Source: an uncultured Chloroflexia bacterium (GTDB lineage Bacteria > Chloroflexota > Limnocylindria > Limnocylindrales > CSP1-4). From it: 64,000 nucleotides of DNA. The position numbers were made by a program, and so were the translations under genes. The stretch covers positions 192,001 to 256,000 of the forward strand of contig CAVVJT010000002.1 in NCBI GenBank assembly GCA_963748625.1, in the 5' to 3' direction. Each line of letters opens with the position of its first letter. Position 1 is the first letter of the stretch. This document shows positions 43,469-52,628 of this stretch, piece by piece. The notes beneath the pieces are model-generated. The model saw only the letters and a list, made by a program, of their open reading frames with translations. It was not told the DNA's origin and did not search any database.

Positions 43469-45463
43469 GTGGCCGATGAGGGGGTGCTGGTGCAGACGTT
43501 CGGGGAGGCAACCAGGCGCTGGCCGGACCCGCGCATGGCATTCGCTCGTTCGGTGGACCGGCCGGGAACGCGTCGGTTCGCGCTGGCCACGACGATCGTC
43601 GCCGCGTGGGTGGGGGCCCTCGTCGTGGCGATGGTCCTGTGGTCGCCGGCGTATCCGGTCGACCCCGCCGACACGACGCTGCGCCTGATCCACCCGTTCG
43701 CACAGCCGTCGCTGGCCGCCTCGCTCGGGATCGTGGGTGCGTGGTTCCTGCGGAGCAGGTCACCGGCGAGCGGCTGGATCCTGCTGCTCCTCTCGCTGCA
43801 ACTGCTCGCGGGACCTTTCATCGCGCTCTGGGGTAAGCCAGCGACCTCGTTCCTGATCGCGGGGCTGCCGGCGGCGATGGCGACCGTGGCAGCGCTGTAC
43901 GCCTCCGACCCGGTCCGCCAGCTCGGGCGTTGGGTCACGCCGCTGGCGGCGTTCCTCGTCGCGTGGTTCTGGCTGGGCGTGGCCCTCGAGCTCACGCAGC
44001 TCCCAGCCGGGCAAGACGTGCTCGACTCGCTGCCGTGGTGGTGGGATCTCGCGCGGATCCCCGGGGAGGGCTGGATCCCGGGTCTCCTGATCCTGCTCGG
44101 GCTGGCTGGCGACGGGCGCCGCATGGCGCCGCGCCTTCAGGCGTGGGTGCGGCCGAGCGGGTCTGCCCGGCAGTTCACCCGGACGCAGCGGCGCTGGTTC
44201 ACCGCAGGCGTGACCATCGCCGTGGGACTTGTGGGCGCCGCAACCGTCGCGATGGCCGCCTACGCGATCGCCGGGGGCAAGGCCCACGGGGACTGGGTTC
44301 CGGTCCTGCTCGCAGCCGCCTTCGCCATCGTCGGCGCCGCGGTCCTCAGGAACCGGCTTCGGTCCATGGCGTGGTTGCTGCTGTGGGGGGCGGGGTACAT
44401 CGCGATGGTCCTCATCGGCGCATTCGCCTTCGGCCCGGATCCCGACTGGGCCTCGGCGGACGTGGCGGTGATGAGCAACGTGGACTCCATCGCCTACGGC
44501 GCAGTCCTGCTGATCGGGACGCTGTACGCGTCGGAGCCGGGGCGGCGCCTGGGCAGATGGGTCCTGTGGGCCGGGATCGTGGTGACGGTCTGGGCAGTCG
44601 TCGGTCACGCCGCCTGGATCGCCTGGTACCTGGCGTCGCTCCCGGGCCCCGTGGCCCAGCCGTGGTGGGTCGACGGCCTTCATGCACCCGTCGCTGGTGA
44701 CCTCGCACTGCCGCTGCTTCTTGCCGGACCGCTGCTCGGTCTCGCGGGTGACCTGCGGCCATCGTTGAGCCGGGCGAGGAACCGGATCGCGCGCGAGAAC
44801 GTGTCGCCCGTCGGCTGGCCTGGGATCTTCATCGACGAGGTCATCCCGGGTCGCGAGACCGGTCGCCGCTCCGCCGCGGAGGCGGAGCGCGTCCGCCTGG
44901 CCGGGGACCTCCACGCGCAGATCCTCCCGTCCCTGAACCTCGTCCTCGCCGAGAGCGCCGCTGGCGCCAGCCCAGAGGTGCTCGCGGACCGCCTCCGGGA
45001 CCTCGAGCGGGACATGCGCGGGATCGTCGCCGAGCGGCGCCTCGTCATCCTCGAGGAGTTCGGGATCGTCCAGGCGCTCGAGTGGCTGGCCGAGCGTGCC
45101 GAGGACCGGGCTCCCGTGGTCGTCGAGCTGACGGTCCAGCCTGGGGCGGGGGAGCAGCGGCCGCCCCGCGAGGTCGAACGTGCCGCCTTCCGGGTGGCGC
45201 AGCTCGCGCTGGACAACGCCCTGCTCCACGCCGAACCGCAACGGGTCACGATCGGCGTGCTCGCGGACGCCTCCCATCTGCAGCTGCGCGTCGAGGACGA
45301 CGGCCAAGGACTCGCACCCGAGGCACCGGAGCGGGCCGCCCGGGCGAACCACCAGGGCATGGCCGACATGCGGCTCCAGGCCGATCTCGTGCGCGCGCGG
45401 CTCGACGTGACCTCGGCCCGGCCGGGCGGGACCGTCGTGCTGTTCGACTGGGCCGGCTCGTGA
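43469..45463 (+). CDS. Multi-TM sensor histidine kinase (HisKA_3/NarX-like); start uncertain
   Basis: Two similar TM blocks; ERVRLAGDLH, LEEFGI..AL, NALLHA, EDDGQG. Confidence 0.85.
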   Translation: MADEGVLVQTFGEATRRWPDPRMAFARSVDRPGTRRFALATTIVAAWVGALVVAMVLWSPAYPVDPADTTLRLIHPFAQPSLAASLGIVGAWFLRSRSPASGWILLLLSLQLLAGPFIALWGKPATSFLIAGLPAAMATVAALYASDPVRQLGRWVTPLAAFLVAWFWLGVALELTQLPAGQDVLDSLPWWWDLARIPGEGWIPGLLILLGLAGDGRRMAPRLQAWVRPSGSARQFTRTQRRWFTAGVTIAVGLVGAATVAMAAYAIAGGKAHGDWVPVLLAAAFAIVGAAVLRNRLRSMAWLLLWGAGYIAMVLIGAFAFGPDPDWASADVAVMSNVDSIAYGAVLLIGTLYASEPGRRLGRWVLWAGIVVTVWAVVGHAAWIAWYLASLPGPVAQPWWVDGLHAPVAGDLALPLLLAGPLLGLAGDLRPSLSRARNRIARENVSPVGWPGIFIDEVIPGRETGRRSAAEAERVRLAGDLHAQILPSLNLVLAESAAGASPEVLADRLRDLERDMRGIVAERRLVILEEFGIVQALEWLAERAEDRAPVVVELTVQPGAGEQRPPREVERAAFRVAQLALDNALLHAEPQRVTIGVLADASHLQLRVEDDGQGLAPEAPERAARANHQGMADMRLQADLVRARLDVTSARPGGTVVLFDWAGS

Positions 45464-46071
45464 TCCGGGTCTTCCTCGTCGACGACCACCCGGGCATGCT
45501 CGACGCCGTAGCCCGGGCGATCGAGGCCGAACCCGACCTCGTCGTGGTCGGCCAGGCACGCGATCGGGCGGAGGCGGAACGTCAGATCGCTGCGACGCTC
45601 CCCGACGTGGTGGTGTGCGACGTGCAGATGGGCGGGGACGCCGACGGGCTGCGGATCCTGGAGCACTTCGCGGGCGGCAGCGGTCCCGTGTTCCTCATGC
45701 TCTCCGCCTTCGACTACCCCAGCCTCTTCCGGGCGGCCTTCGAGCGCGGCGCCGCGGGCTATGTCCTGAAGACCTCGGAGATGCACGACGTCGTCGCGGC
45801 GGTCCGCGTCGTCGCCGGCGGGGGAACGGCCTTCAGTGCCGCCTCCATGCGCATCATCCGCCAGGCGCTTCGCCGACCCTCGGAGCGCGAGATCGAGGTC
45901 CTCGAGCTCGTCGCGGCGGGCGCGTCGAACGAGGACATCGCCGAGCGCCTGTTCCTGTCGCTCAAAACCATCGAGAGCCACCTGCGCCGGATGTTCGACC
46001 GCTACGGCGTGATGAACCGCACTGAGCTTGCGGTCCTCGCGCTCAAGGAGGGCTGGGTCTCGGCGAGCTGA
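45460..46071 (+). CDS. NarL/LuxR-family response regulator
   Basis: VFLVDDH, VCDVQM, GYVLK, SEREIEVL..GASNEDIAERLFLSLKTIESH. Confidence 0.92.
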   Translation: MIRVFLVDDHPGMLDAVARAIEAEPDLVVVGQARDRAEAERQIAATLPDVVVCDVQMGGDADGLRILEHFAGGSGPVFLMLSAFDYPSLFRAAFERGAAGYVLKTSEMHDVVAAVRVVAGGGTAFSAASMRIIRQALRRPSEREIEVLELVAAGASNEDIAERLFLSLKTIESHLRRMFDRYGVMNRTELAVLALKEGWVSAS

Positions 46072-46126
46072 CGGCCCGTTGCGGCCCATGGAGCAGGTCT
46101 CCGGAGCAAGGCCTGGCGCGGGGCCG

Positions 46127-47074
46127 TCAGCCCTCGAGGCCGGCCTGCACCTGCGGTGGTCGCCCCGGGTGGCGCGCGGCGTCCGCCCGGGTGACGCCGA
46201 CCCCCGCGATCACCACCAGGACTGTGCCCACCAGGCCCAGCGTCGTCGGGACCTGCCCCAGGAACAGGAAGCCGATCATCGCGCCGGTGGCCGGCTGGAG
46301 GGCGGCGATCGTGCCGAAGGTGGACGTGGCGATCCGTCGCAGCGCCAGCATGTCCAGCGAGAAGGAGACGACAACGACCAGCACGGCGGCGACGGCGGCC
46401 GTGGCGAGCACCTCCCACGTGATGTGGCCCGCGGCCTCCGGGATCCCCACGACGCCCGCGACCACCGCCGCGACCGGCAGCATGACCGAGAGTCCCTTGA
46501 CCCCCGTGAACCTGCCACCCACGCGGGCGCTCAGGACGATGTAGAGCGCCCAGCAGACGGCGTTGCCGATGCCCATGGCCACGCCCACCACGTCCACGGA
46601 GCCCGTCCAGGGCTCGGTGAGGGCCAGCACGCCCAGGATCGCCAGCACCGGCCAGAGCAGGTCGCGGACGGACCGCGTGCCCAGGATGCCGAGCGCGAGG
46701 GGGCCCATGAACCCCAGCGCGACCGCCGTCCCGAAGGGTAGCCGTTGGGCAGACGCCAGGAACGTGAGCGTCATCGCCCCGGTGGTGGCGCCGAGCGCGA
46801 CCGCCGCCCCAAGCTGGTGCCGGTCCATCCCGCGCGGGTTGGGGCGGTAGATGGCCAGGAGGATGAGCGCGCCGATCGACAGGCGCAGCCACGAGGTTCC
46901 GGCAGATCCGATGGCGGGGATGAGGCCCACGGAGATAGCCGAGCCCGCGTGCCAGACGAGCATCGCCGTCACCGCGAGCGTCCAGGCGGGCACGTGGTCC
47001 GTGAGACGGACGACGATCGCGCCGCCCGCCGCGGGCCGCGTCAACCCGTCAGCCGTGGATCGACTGAGGCGCAT
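46127..47074 (-). CDS. EamA/RhtA-like DMT exporter
   Basis: WLRL, RLPFGTAVALGFMGPL, WALYI, ALRR..TFG..LQPA. Confidence 0.85.
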   Translation of the reverse strand: MRLSRSTADGLTRPAAGGAIVVRLTDHVPAWTLAVTAMLVWHAGSAISVGLIPAIGSAGTSWLRLSIGALILLAIYRPNPRGMDRHQLGAAVALGATTGAMTLTFLASAQRLPFGTAVALGFMGPLALGILGTRSVRDLLWPVLAILGVLALTEPWTGSVDVVGVAMGIGNAVCWALYIVLSARVGGRFTGVKGLSVMLPVAAVVAGVVGIPEAAGHITWEVLATAAVAAVLVVVVSFSLDMLALRRIATSTFGTIAALQPATGAMIGFLFLGQVPTTLGLVGTVLVVIAGVGVTRADAARHPGRPPQVQAGLEG

Positions 47075-47192
47075 GGTTGATCACCGGCGACAGATACCTG
47101 TCGGACCACGCGGCGTCAAGGCTGGACGCGGCCCAGGCAACGCGATGCAGCCGGCCCGGCGCGGTGGAGCGCTGCGGCCGGAGCCGCCACGG

Positions 47193-47585
47193 TCACCCGA
47201 TCCGCTCGATCCCGTCCACCGCGTCGAACCCTCGATCGAAGCTCATGATCCGCTTGAGGCCGCGCCGGCGCATCACCGCCACGTGGACCGCGTCCCGGGC
47301 CGAGAGCGCGGTGACCGCCACGATCCGCCGGGCACGGTCCACGTCCTCGCGCTCAATGGGGTAGACCTCGTCCACCACGGCGAGCAGCGCATCGGTTGCG
47401 GGTCCGATCGCGTCCCGCCGGTTGATGGCCACGTAGCGGTGGAGGATCTCCTGGAGCACCTCCGCGTCGGTCACAAGCGGCTCGCCCTCCGCGATCGCAA
47501 GCTGGAGCGCCGCGACGGCCCGCTCCTTGTTGGGGTGCTCGGCCCCCACGAGGTACATGGGGATGTTCGAGTCCACCAGGATCAC
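47193..47585 (-). CDS. vapC: PIN-domain toxin VapC
   Basis: [37 protein letters not shown]. Confidence 0.9.
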   Translation of the reverse strand: MILVDSNIPMYLVGAEHPNKERAVAALQLAIAEGEPLVTDAEVLQEILHRYVAINRRDAIGPATDALLAVVDEVYPIEREDVDRARRIVAVTALSARDAVHVAVMRRRGLKRIMSFDRGFDAVDGIERIG

Positions 47586-47839
47586 GATGGCCCCTCGTCG
47601 CCGTAGCCGCGCTCGATCTCCGCCAGCATCGGGTCGATGTCGGCGACCGGATAGGCGAAGGCGCTCGCCTCGCGGACGGCCCGCAGCTTGCGCACGGCTT
47701 CCGGGTACACGGTCTCCTCCCGGGCGCGGCGCAGCGCGTCACGGACCCAGGCCGCCGTGGTCTGGTGGCGCTTGCGGGCGAGCTCCTGGATCGCCTCGAG
47801 CTCGTCGTCGTCCAGCAGGACCTGGAGTCGTTTGGTCAT
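47582..47839 (-). CDS. vapB: Ribbon-helix-helix (CopG-like) antitoxin
   Basis: [34 protein letters not shown]; overlaps the toxin start. Confidence 0.85.
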   Translation of the reverse strand: MTKRLQVLLDDDELEAIQELARKRHQTTAAWVRDALRRAREETVYPEAVRKLRAVREASAFAYPVADIDPMLAEIERGYGDEGPS

Positions 47840-47848
47840 AACAATGAG

Positions 47849-47867
47849 GGTACATGACTCATGCACC
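47849..47867. promoter_or_regulatory. Candidate TA operator GGTACATG-ACT-CATGCACC
   Basis: Near-perfect palindrome overlapping -10 TACCCT, which lies 7 nt before ATG 47839. Confidence 0.55.
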
Positions 47868-47917
47868 TGAGTCACTCGCTGCATTGTGCGGGTGCTCGCC
47901 CGGAGGATCAGCCGGCC

Positions 47918-49294
47918 TCAGCGGATGCCGGCATCCTCCAGCACGATCTGGCCCTCGTCGCGGAGGACCTGCGCCCGTGCCCGCATGGCCTCCAGGATCC
48001 GCCGGAGCATGGCCGGGTGCTCCAGGATCGGCCGGAGGTCCTCGTAGGACTGCGCGAGGCGGTTGAGACGCTGGGCAAGGACCCGTACCCGGACGGCCGC
48101 GGCCTCGTACCGGTCGATGGCCTCCCGGCTCTCCAGCACATCCAGCGTGGTCCCGGCCACTGCCCCCGCCGCCCCGAGTGCACTACCCGCGCGTGTCAGC
48201 CGGGACCCCTGCTGCGCCACCTGCTCGACCGCCGCGCCTGCCGTCGAGGCACCCCCGGCCCCGAAGTCGAGTGCATCCGGGCCCGTTGGCCCGAGGGCGG
48301 CATCGAGCGTGAGGCCGACCACCGCGGACCCCACGGCGATCGCCAGGCCGGCGGGCGGGAACATCGCGGTGAGGATGATGCCGGCCGCCGTGAGCGCCAC
48401 GCCGATCCCCGCCTGGGCGAACGCCTCCATCATCTCGTCGCCGGCGGCGATGCGCTGGAGCGTCTGGAGCTCGGCCTGGCACGCCGCGAGCTCGTCGCGG
48501 ACGCGTCGCGCCTGCGCGAGCCGTGCCTCGCCGACCCGCGCGAGCAGCTCGAGGATCCCTGATGCGACCACCGCGCTCCACGCGTCGCACACGTCGGCGA
48601 GCGTCGATGCCCGGTCCTCCAACTGCTCGAGTGCGCCCTGCGGGTCCGCCGTGAGCCCGGGCGCCTCACCACCGGCGCCGAGGCTCGCAACCCCCTCGTC
48701 GATAGCGTTGCGGATCGCCACGACCTCCTCGATGAGTGTCTCCATCCGCTCGCGGTACGGCGACGAGAGGGCGTGCGATTGCTCCTCTGCAGTCACGCAT
48801 GCCTCGTCGGCATCGGTGATCGCGGCATCGGCCCACTCGTTGAACCCGGCGAACGTCGCGTCGTCCACGCGCTCCTCCGGGGAGCGGGTGTCGTCCGCTG
48901 CGGGCGCCTCGCTGCCCTCGGCCTCCGGCTCGCTACCCTCGACTTGGCCCTCGTCGTCTTCGCCCTCGCGCTGCACGGACGGCTGCATCGCGGGTCCGTG
49001 CGGCCGGCCACGGCCCGCCTGGGACGGGGCGAGCAGCGCGGCGACGGCCCGGTTGCCGGCCAGGCCACCGAGCGCCAGCACCTGGCCTGAGCGGAGGGTT
49101 GGCGGCGGCGACCCGGCCACAGCAGGGTGCGAGCCCGGTCGCAGCCAATCGGCGGCTGCCTCGCTCGCCGCTGGCGTGTTCCCGGCCACGACGTCCCGGG
49201 GCGCAGCGCGGTCCGGCCGCGCGGGTGCCGGTGCGGTCACGGTGATGGGTCGGGCGTCGGGCACGGCATCTCCGGAGGGACGCCGAGCCATCAT
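47918..49294 (-). CDS. Hypothetical protein with GNRAVAALL...VQR leader, coiled coil and hydrophobic hairpin (putative toxin/effector)
   Basis: VLALGGLAGNRAVAALL..SVQREG; helical acidic middle; AGIGVALTAAGIILTAMFPPAGLAIAVGSAVVGL. Confidence 0.65.
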   Translation of the reverse strand: MMARRPSGDAVPDARPITVTAPAPARPDRAAPRDVVAGNTPAASEAAADWLRPGSHPAVAGSPPPTLRSGQVLALGGLAGNRAVAALLAPSQAGRGRPHGPAMQPSVQREGEDDEGQVEGSEPEAEGSEAPAADDTRSPEERVDDATFAGFNEWADAAITDADEACVTAEEQSHALSSPYRERMETLIEEVVAIRNAIDEGVASLGAGGEAPGLTADPQGALEQLEDRASTLADVCDAWSAVVASGILELLARVGEARLAQARRVRDELAACQAELQTLQRIAAGDEMMEAFAQAGIGVALTAAGIILTAMFPPAGLAIAVGSAVVGLTLDAALGPTGPDALDFGAGGASTAGAAVEQVAQQGSRLTRAGSALGAAGAVAGTTLDVLESREAIDRYEAAAVRVRVLAQRLNRLAQSYEDLRPILEHPAMLRRILEAMRARAQVLRDEGQIVLEDAGIR

Positions 49295-49405
49295 CCGAGC
49301 CCGGAGCGTTGGACTCCAGTCCTACCGGTCCTGACGGCAGGGCAGCTGCGCCTGCCCGAATGGGCACGATCCGGAGACGCGGCCACCGGCGCCGCCGAGT
49401 CGGGG

Positions 49406-50251
49406 TCAGGGCTCGCCGATCGTGCCCTCGATGAGGTATGCCCACATCGCGCGTCGGGCGCGGTCGACGTCGTCCACGGGCGCATGCCCGAACGCGCTCG
49501 GCGACGAAACGAGGATCGCGCCCGGGATGCGGGCCGCCACCCACTCGGCGTGATTCGGCGGGGTGACCGTGTCGCGCGGGTTGGACCAGATCGCGGCCGG
49601 AACGCCGATCCCGCCGATGTCGAAACCCCACGGCGCCTCGAGCGCGATCTCGTCGTCGACCCATCCGCCAACTCCCTGTCGTGTCGGCTCCAGCATCGCC
49701 TCGCGCATCGGGTCGTCGTCCGCGATGCCGGCGCAGGACTCCACGTCGAGCTGCTCGAAATACGGGGTCACGACCTCGACACCGGCGCGCACGACGCCGG
49801 TGTACTCGCGCGTCCCGGGATCCTGCAGGCGCTCCCACTCGTCCAGGCCGACCTCATCGAGCGGTGCCACGACCCCGTCGACGAGGATGCGCGTGACGCG
49901 GTCCGCCAGCCGCGCCGCAACGGCGAAGCTGTAGACCGATCCGGCTGACCCTCCCGTGACCGCGAACCGCCCGATGCCGAGGGCGTCCGCGATGCGGGCC
50001 ACGTCGCCCACACGGTCGAGGGCGCGGTAGCCAGGCTCCCGGTCCGATCGCCCGTATCCGGGCCTGTCGTACGTGATGAGCCGCCCGCCGAACTCGCCGA
50101 CGACGTCCAGCGTCGCCCGTGAGACACCGAGTCTCGATCCTGGTGCGCCGTGCAGCAGGAACACGGGATGGCCCTCGGTAGGCCCCCAGTCGGCATAGCA
50201 GAGCCTGCGACCCGAGGGCAGCTCCAGGAACACGGTGGTGGGAGTGGTCAT
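49406..50251 (-). CDS. Alpha/beta-fold hydrolase
   Basis: LLHGAPGSR, YDRPGYGRS, GGSAG nucleophile elbow, D..TP, GH. Confidence 0.9.
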   Translation of the reverse strand: MTTPTTVFLELPSGRRLCYADWGPTEGHPVFLLHGAPGSRLGVSRATLDVVGEFGGRLITYDRPGYGRSDREPGYRALDRVGDVARIADALGIGRFAVTGGSAGSVYSFAVAARLADRVTRILVDGVVAPLDEVGLDEWERLQDPGTREYTGVVRAGVEVVTPYFEQLDVESCAGIADDDPMREAMLEPTRQGVGGWVDDEIALEAPWGFDIGGIGVPAAIWSNPRDTVTPPNHAEWVAARIPGAILVSSPSAFGHAPVDDVDRARRAMWAYLIEGTIGEP

Positions 50252-50300
50252 GGCCCGGGAGTGTGGCACACGGCGCGCGGCTTGCACCGGTCAAGGCGGG

Positions 50301-50724
50301 CCTCGGAATCGAGAGACCCGCCTCGCGCGAGGCGGATCTCGTGCGCGGGGCTGGCGTCGAGCCGCCAACCCGGTCGATCAGGCGCGGTTCGCGAACCAGA
50401 TGGTCGGGGCACCGACGACGCCGGCCGAGTGCATCGCCTCGCGCAGCTCGCTGCTCCCGGCGAAGGCCTGGGCCGCCTCGAGGGTCGCGAACTCGTGGGT
50501 GACGGTGATGTCGCTCGGGTTGTCCACGGCCTGGTAGACGGCGTCCTCCTGGACACCCAGGGCCAGGGCTGTCGGCTGGAAGCCGTCGTAGACCTGTCGC
50601 CAGGCCGCGTAGTCGGATGTCGTGTGCCGAACGAACAGGGTCGCCATGGCTCTCGCCTCCTGCGGTCTTGCCGGGCTCGGACGAAGCCCGGTGGCCGTTG
50701 ACAGGATCCTGCCACAGCAGTATC
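50301..50724. repeat. 424-bp near-identical direct repeat, copy 2
   Basis: Matches 34168-34591. Confidence 0.95.
50378..50647 (-). CDS. Small dimeric alpha-beta barrel protein, copy 2
   Basis: Identical to 34245..34514 except S to N near the C-terminus. Confidence 0.8.
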   Translation of the reverse strand: MATLFVRHTTSDYAAWRQVYDGFQPTALALGVQEDAVYQAVDNPSDITVTHEFATLEAAQAFAGSSELREAMHSAGVVGAPTIWFANRA

Positions 50725-50853
50725 AGCGGCCTGCGCTCGAACGAGGTGGCGCGCATGGTGGGCTTCGCCGATCCGCTCTACTTCTCGTGGGTCTTCCGCG
50801 CGACCTGCGGCGTGCCTCCCAGCCAGTACGCGACGGGCCAGGTGCGGCCGTAG
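50725..50853 (+). pseudogene. C-terminal remnant of an AraC-family regulator
   Basis: SGLRSNEVARMVGFADPLYFSWVFRATCGVPPSQY: second HTH signature; begins at the repeat boundary. Confidence 0.8.
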
Positions 50854-50884
50854 CCGGGGCGTCGCGCAGGGACGCCCGTGAATC

Positions 50885-50916
50885 GGGAAGTCCTCCTCGC
50901 CTGAGGAGGACTTCCC
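50885..50916. terminator. Hairpin terminator
   Basis: GGGAAGTCCTCCTC-gcct-GAGGAGGACTTCCC. Confidence 0.75.
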
Positions 50917-50939
50917 GCTTGGCGACGTTCGAGCCCGTG

Positions 50940-51332
50940 TCAGATCGTCGCCGTGGCGCGGCACACCTCGCCCGTCGCCACATTGACGGCCCGCACAACG
51001 ATGTGGTCGTGCGTGGGGCCGTTGGCGGTCAGGCGGGTCACGGCGAAGGAGTCACGCTGCGCCCTGATCGTCGCCTTCCCGTGCGCGAACTTGGAGCCGT
51101 CGTTCCTCATCGTCCACGTCCAGGTTGCCCCACTGCGGCTGTGGTCGACCTCGAACTCGACCTCCACGCGCCCGTCCTCGTGGTAGACCTCGATCTCCCA
51201 ATCGGAGGCACTGCTGCAGTGGCCCGTACGGACCCCGGCGAGCGCAGTGGTCGGGGCTGCGAGCATGACGAAGACCATGAGCACGGCGCCGGGAGCGATC
51301 ATGCGGCGGGGGAGTCTGCGAAGGCTGGTCAT
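50940..51332 (-). CDS. Small secreted beta-rich protein (two Cys)
   Basis: Signal peptide ending TALA; GHCSSASDWEIEVYHEDGRVEVEFEVD...GEVCRA. Confidence 0.7.
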   Translation of the reverse strand: MTSLRRLPRRMIAPGAVLMVFVMLAAPTTALAGVRTGHCSSASDWEIEVYHEDGRVEVEFEVDHSRSGATWTWTMRNDGSKFAHGKATIRAQRDSFAVTRLTANGPTHDHIVVRAVNVATGEVCRATATI

Positions 51333-51486
51333 CGTTGTTTCTCCGTTTCGGGGCTGCAATCCGCGTGCCGCTCACGAACTCGGTCGGGGCCGCGGCGAGA
51401 GTCCCAACCGGGCATCGCCGCCGCTCAAGGGCCTTGGGGATGGCCCCGGAATGCAGCTCGCGATGCCCGGCGTCTGGGTGGTCTGT

Positions 51487-51996
51487 CTAGTCCACGGAGT
51501 CCACGGAGTCCACGGAGGCCACCGAGGCCACCGAGGCCACCGAGGCCACCGATGCCACCGATGCCACCGATGCCACGCTGTCGTCGCAGGTTGCACAGTC
51601 ATCGGTGTGGGCGGCGGGAGCCGACTTCGGATGTGCGTTCTTGTCGGCCTTTGAGTGTGCGGTCTTGTCGGCCTTCGGGGTTGCGACAGGGGCCGATTTC
51701 GGGCTGGCGGTCGGGGCGGACGTCGGGGTTGCGGTCGGCGCCTCTGCGGTCGCGGTCGGCATCTCCACCGTGACCACGTCGTGCGACGCCAGGTCGAGGA
51801 TGTGCGCCGGGGGCGCGGAGGTCCGGCTGGCGACGAAGCTCATGCCTGCAGCCGCCGGGGCGGCCTGGCTGTGCGCGAGCTCCACCGTGGTGATGGCGCG
51901 GTCGACGCCGGACGCCGAGACGAGCGAGAACCCGCCGACGGTCATGCCGGCTGCGAGGCCGACGGCGCCGGCGACTCTCCAATCGAGGTGCGGCAT
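51487..51996 (-). CDS. Exported/anchored low-complexity protein ending CxxC-DD-(SVA)7(SVD)3
   Basis: AAGGAG SD; N-terminal hydrophobic segment; Thr/Ala/Pro linker. Confidence 0.7.
   Translation of the reverse strand: MPHLDWRVAGAVGLAAGMTVGGFSLVSASGVDRAITTVELAHSQAAPAAAGMSFVASRTSAPPAHILDLASHDVVTVEMPTATAEAPTATPTSAPTASPKSAPVATPKADKTAHSKADKNAHPKSAPAAHTDDCATCDDSVASVASVASVASVASVASVASVDSVDSVD
51490..51579 (-). repeat. 9-bp tandem repeat x10 encoding (SVA)7(SVD)3
   Basis: gtccacgga x3, ggccaccga x4, tgccaccga x2, tgccacgct on the + strand. Confidence 0.95.
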
Positions 51997-52080
51997 GTGC
52001 GTCTCCTTCATGTGGGATCGAATGGTGCCCGGCGGGATCACCGGGATGGCACCATCGTCTGGCCCCGGGCTGATGGCCGG

Positions 52081-52107
52081 GTGAACGGACGGTGAGAACC
52101 CTCTCAG
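52081..52107 (-). promoter_or_regulatory. Second shared regulatory box, copy c (+ strand GTGAAC-N5-GTGAGA-N5-CTCAG)
   Basis: Same architecture and spacing to a -10-like hexamer as the copies at 53901 and 56134. Confidence 0.6.
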
Positions 52108-52138
52108 GATCTCAGCGGACCGGCGCCAGACCTCGCGC

Positions 52139-52615
52139 TCAGGCGGCGCTCAATCCCGGCTCCTCCGGCTCCTCGGTCTCCTCCGGCTCCTCGGTCTCCT
52201 CCGGCTCCTCGGTCTCCTCCGGCTCCTCCGGCTCCTCCGGCTCCTCGGTCTCCTCGGCGTCCTTGGGTGTCGGGTGGGGCGTGACGCGCGGGGCCGCGGT
52301 GTGGCGCTCCAGCACGACCGGTGGCGAGACCACGGTCGGGGACAGCGCCGGCGCCGGTGCGGGGTCCTGGGAAGGAAGCTCACCGCCCGTGGCCACGGCC
52401 CCTCCCGACGTCAAGGGTTCCGGGTCCCCCGACGTCACGGGCCCCGGGGCCGTCGGATAGGAGGGTTGGGTCGTGGGGGTGGCCACACGCACGCGGAGCT
52501 CGATCTGCTCCACCGGGATGGGGTCGCCCGACGGCGGCAGCAGGGTCAGGCCGCAGACCGCCAACCCGACGACGAAGCCGGCCAGTGCGGCGACCCCGCC
52601 ACTCGGGCCATGCAT
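52139..52615 (-). CDS. Exported/anchored Pro-rich protein with acidic (EEP/EET)n tail
   Basis: Hydrophobic N-terminus; EETEEPEEPEEPEETEEPEETEEPEETEEPEEP. Confidence 0.7.
   Translation of the reverse strand: MHGPSGGVAALAGFVVGLAVCGLTLLPPSGDPIPVEQIELRVRVATPTTQPSYPTAPGPVTSGDPEPLTSGGAVATGGELPSQDPAPAPALSPTVVSPPVVLERHTAAPRVTPHPTPKDAEETEEPEEPEEPEETEEPEETEEPEETEEPEEPGLSAA
52157..52258 (-). repeat. 9-bp tandem repeat encoding EEP/EET
   Basis: cggctcctc / ggtctcctc units on the + strand. Confidence 0.92.
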
Positions 52616-52628
52616 GGCAGCGGCCCCC

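Noticed and set aside
34592-50300. Prophage, ICE or composite transposon between the 424-bp repeats
   Set aside because: No integrase, transposase, relaxase or phage genes, and the repeats contain an ordinary gene rather than IS ends.
51490-52258. CRISPR array
   Set aside because: 9-bp contiguous coding repeats with no unique spacers and no cas genes.
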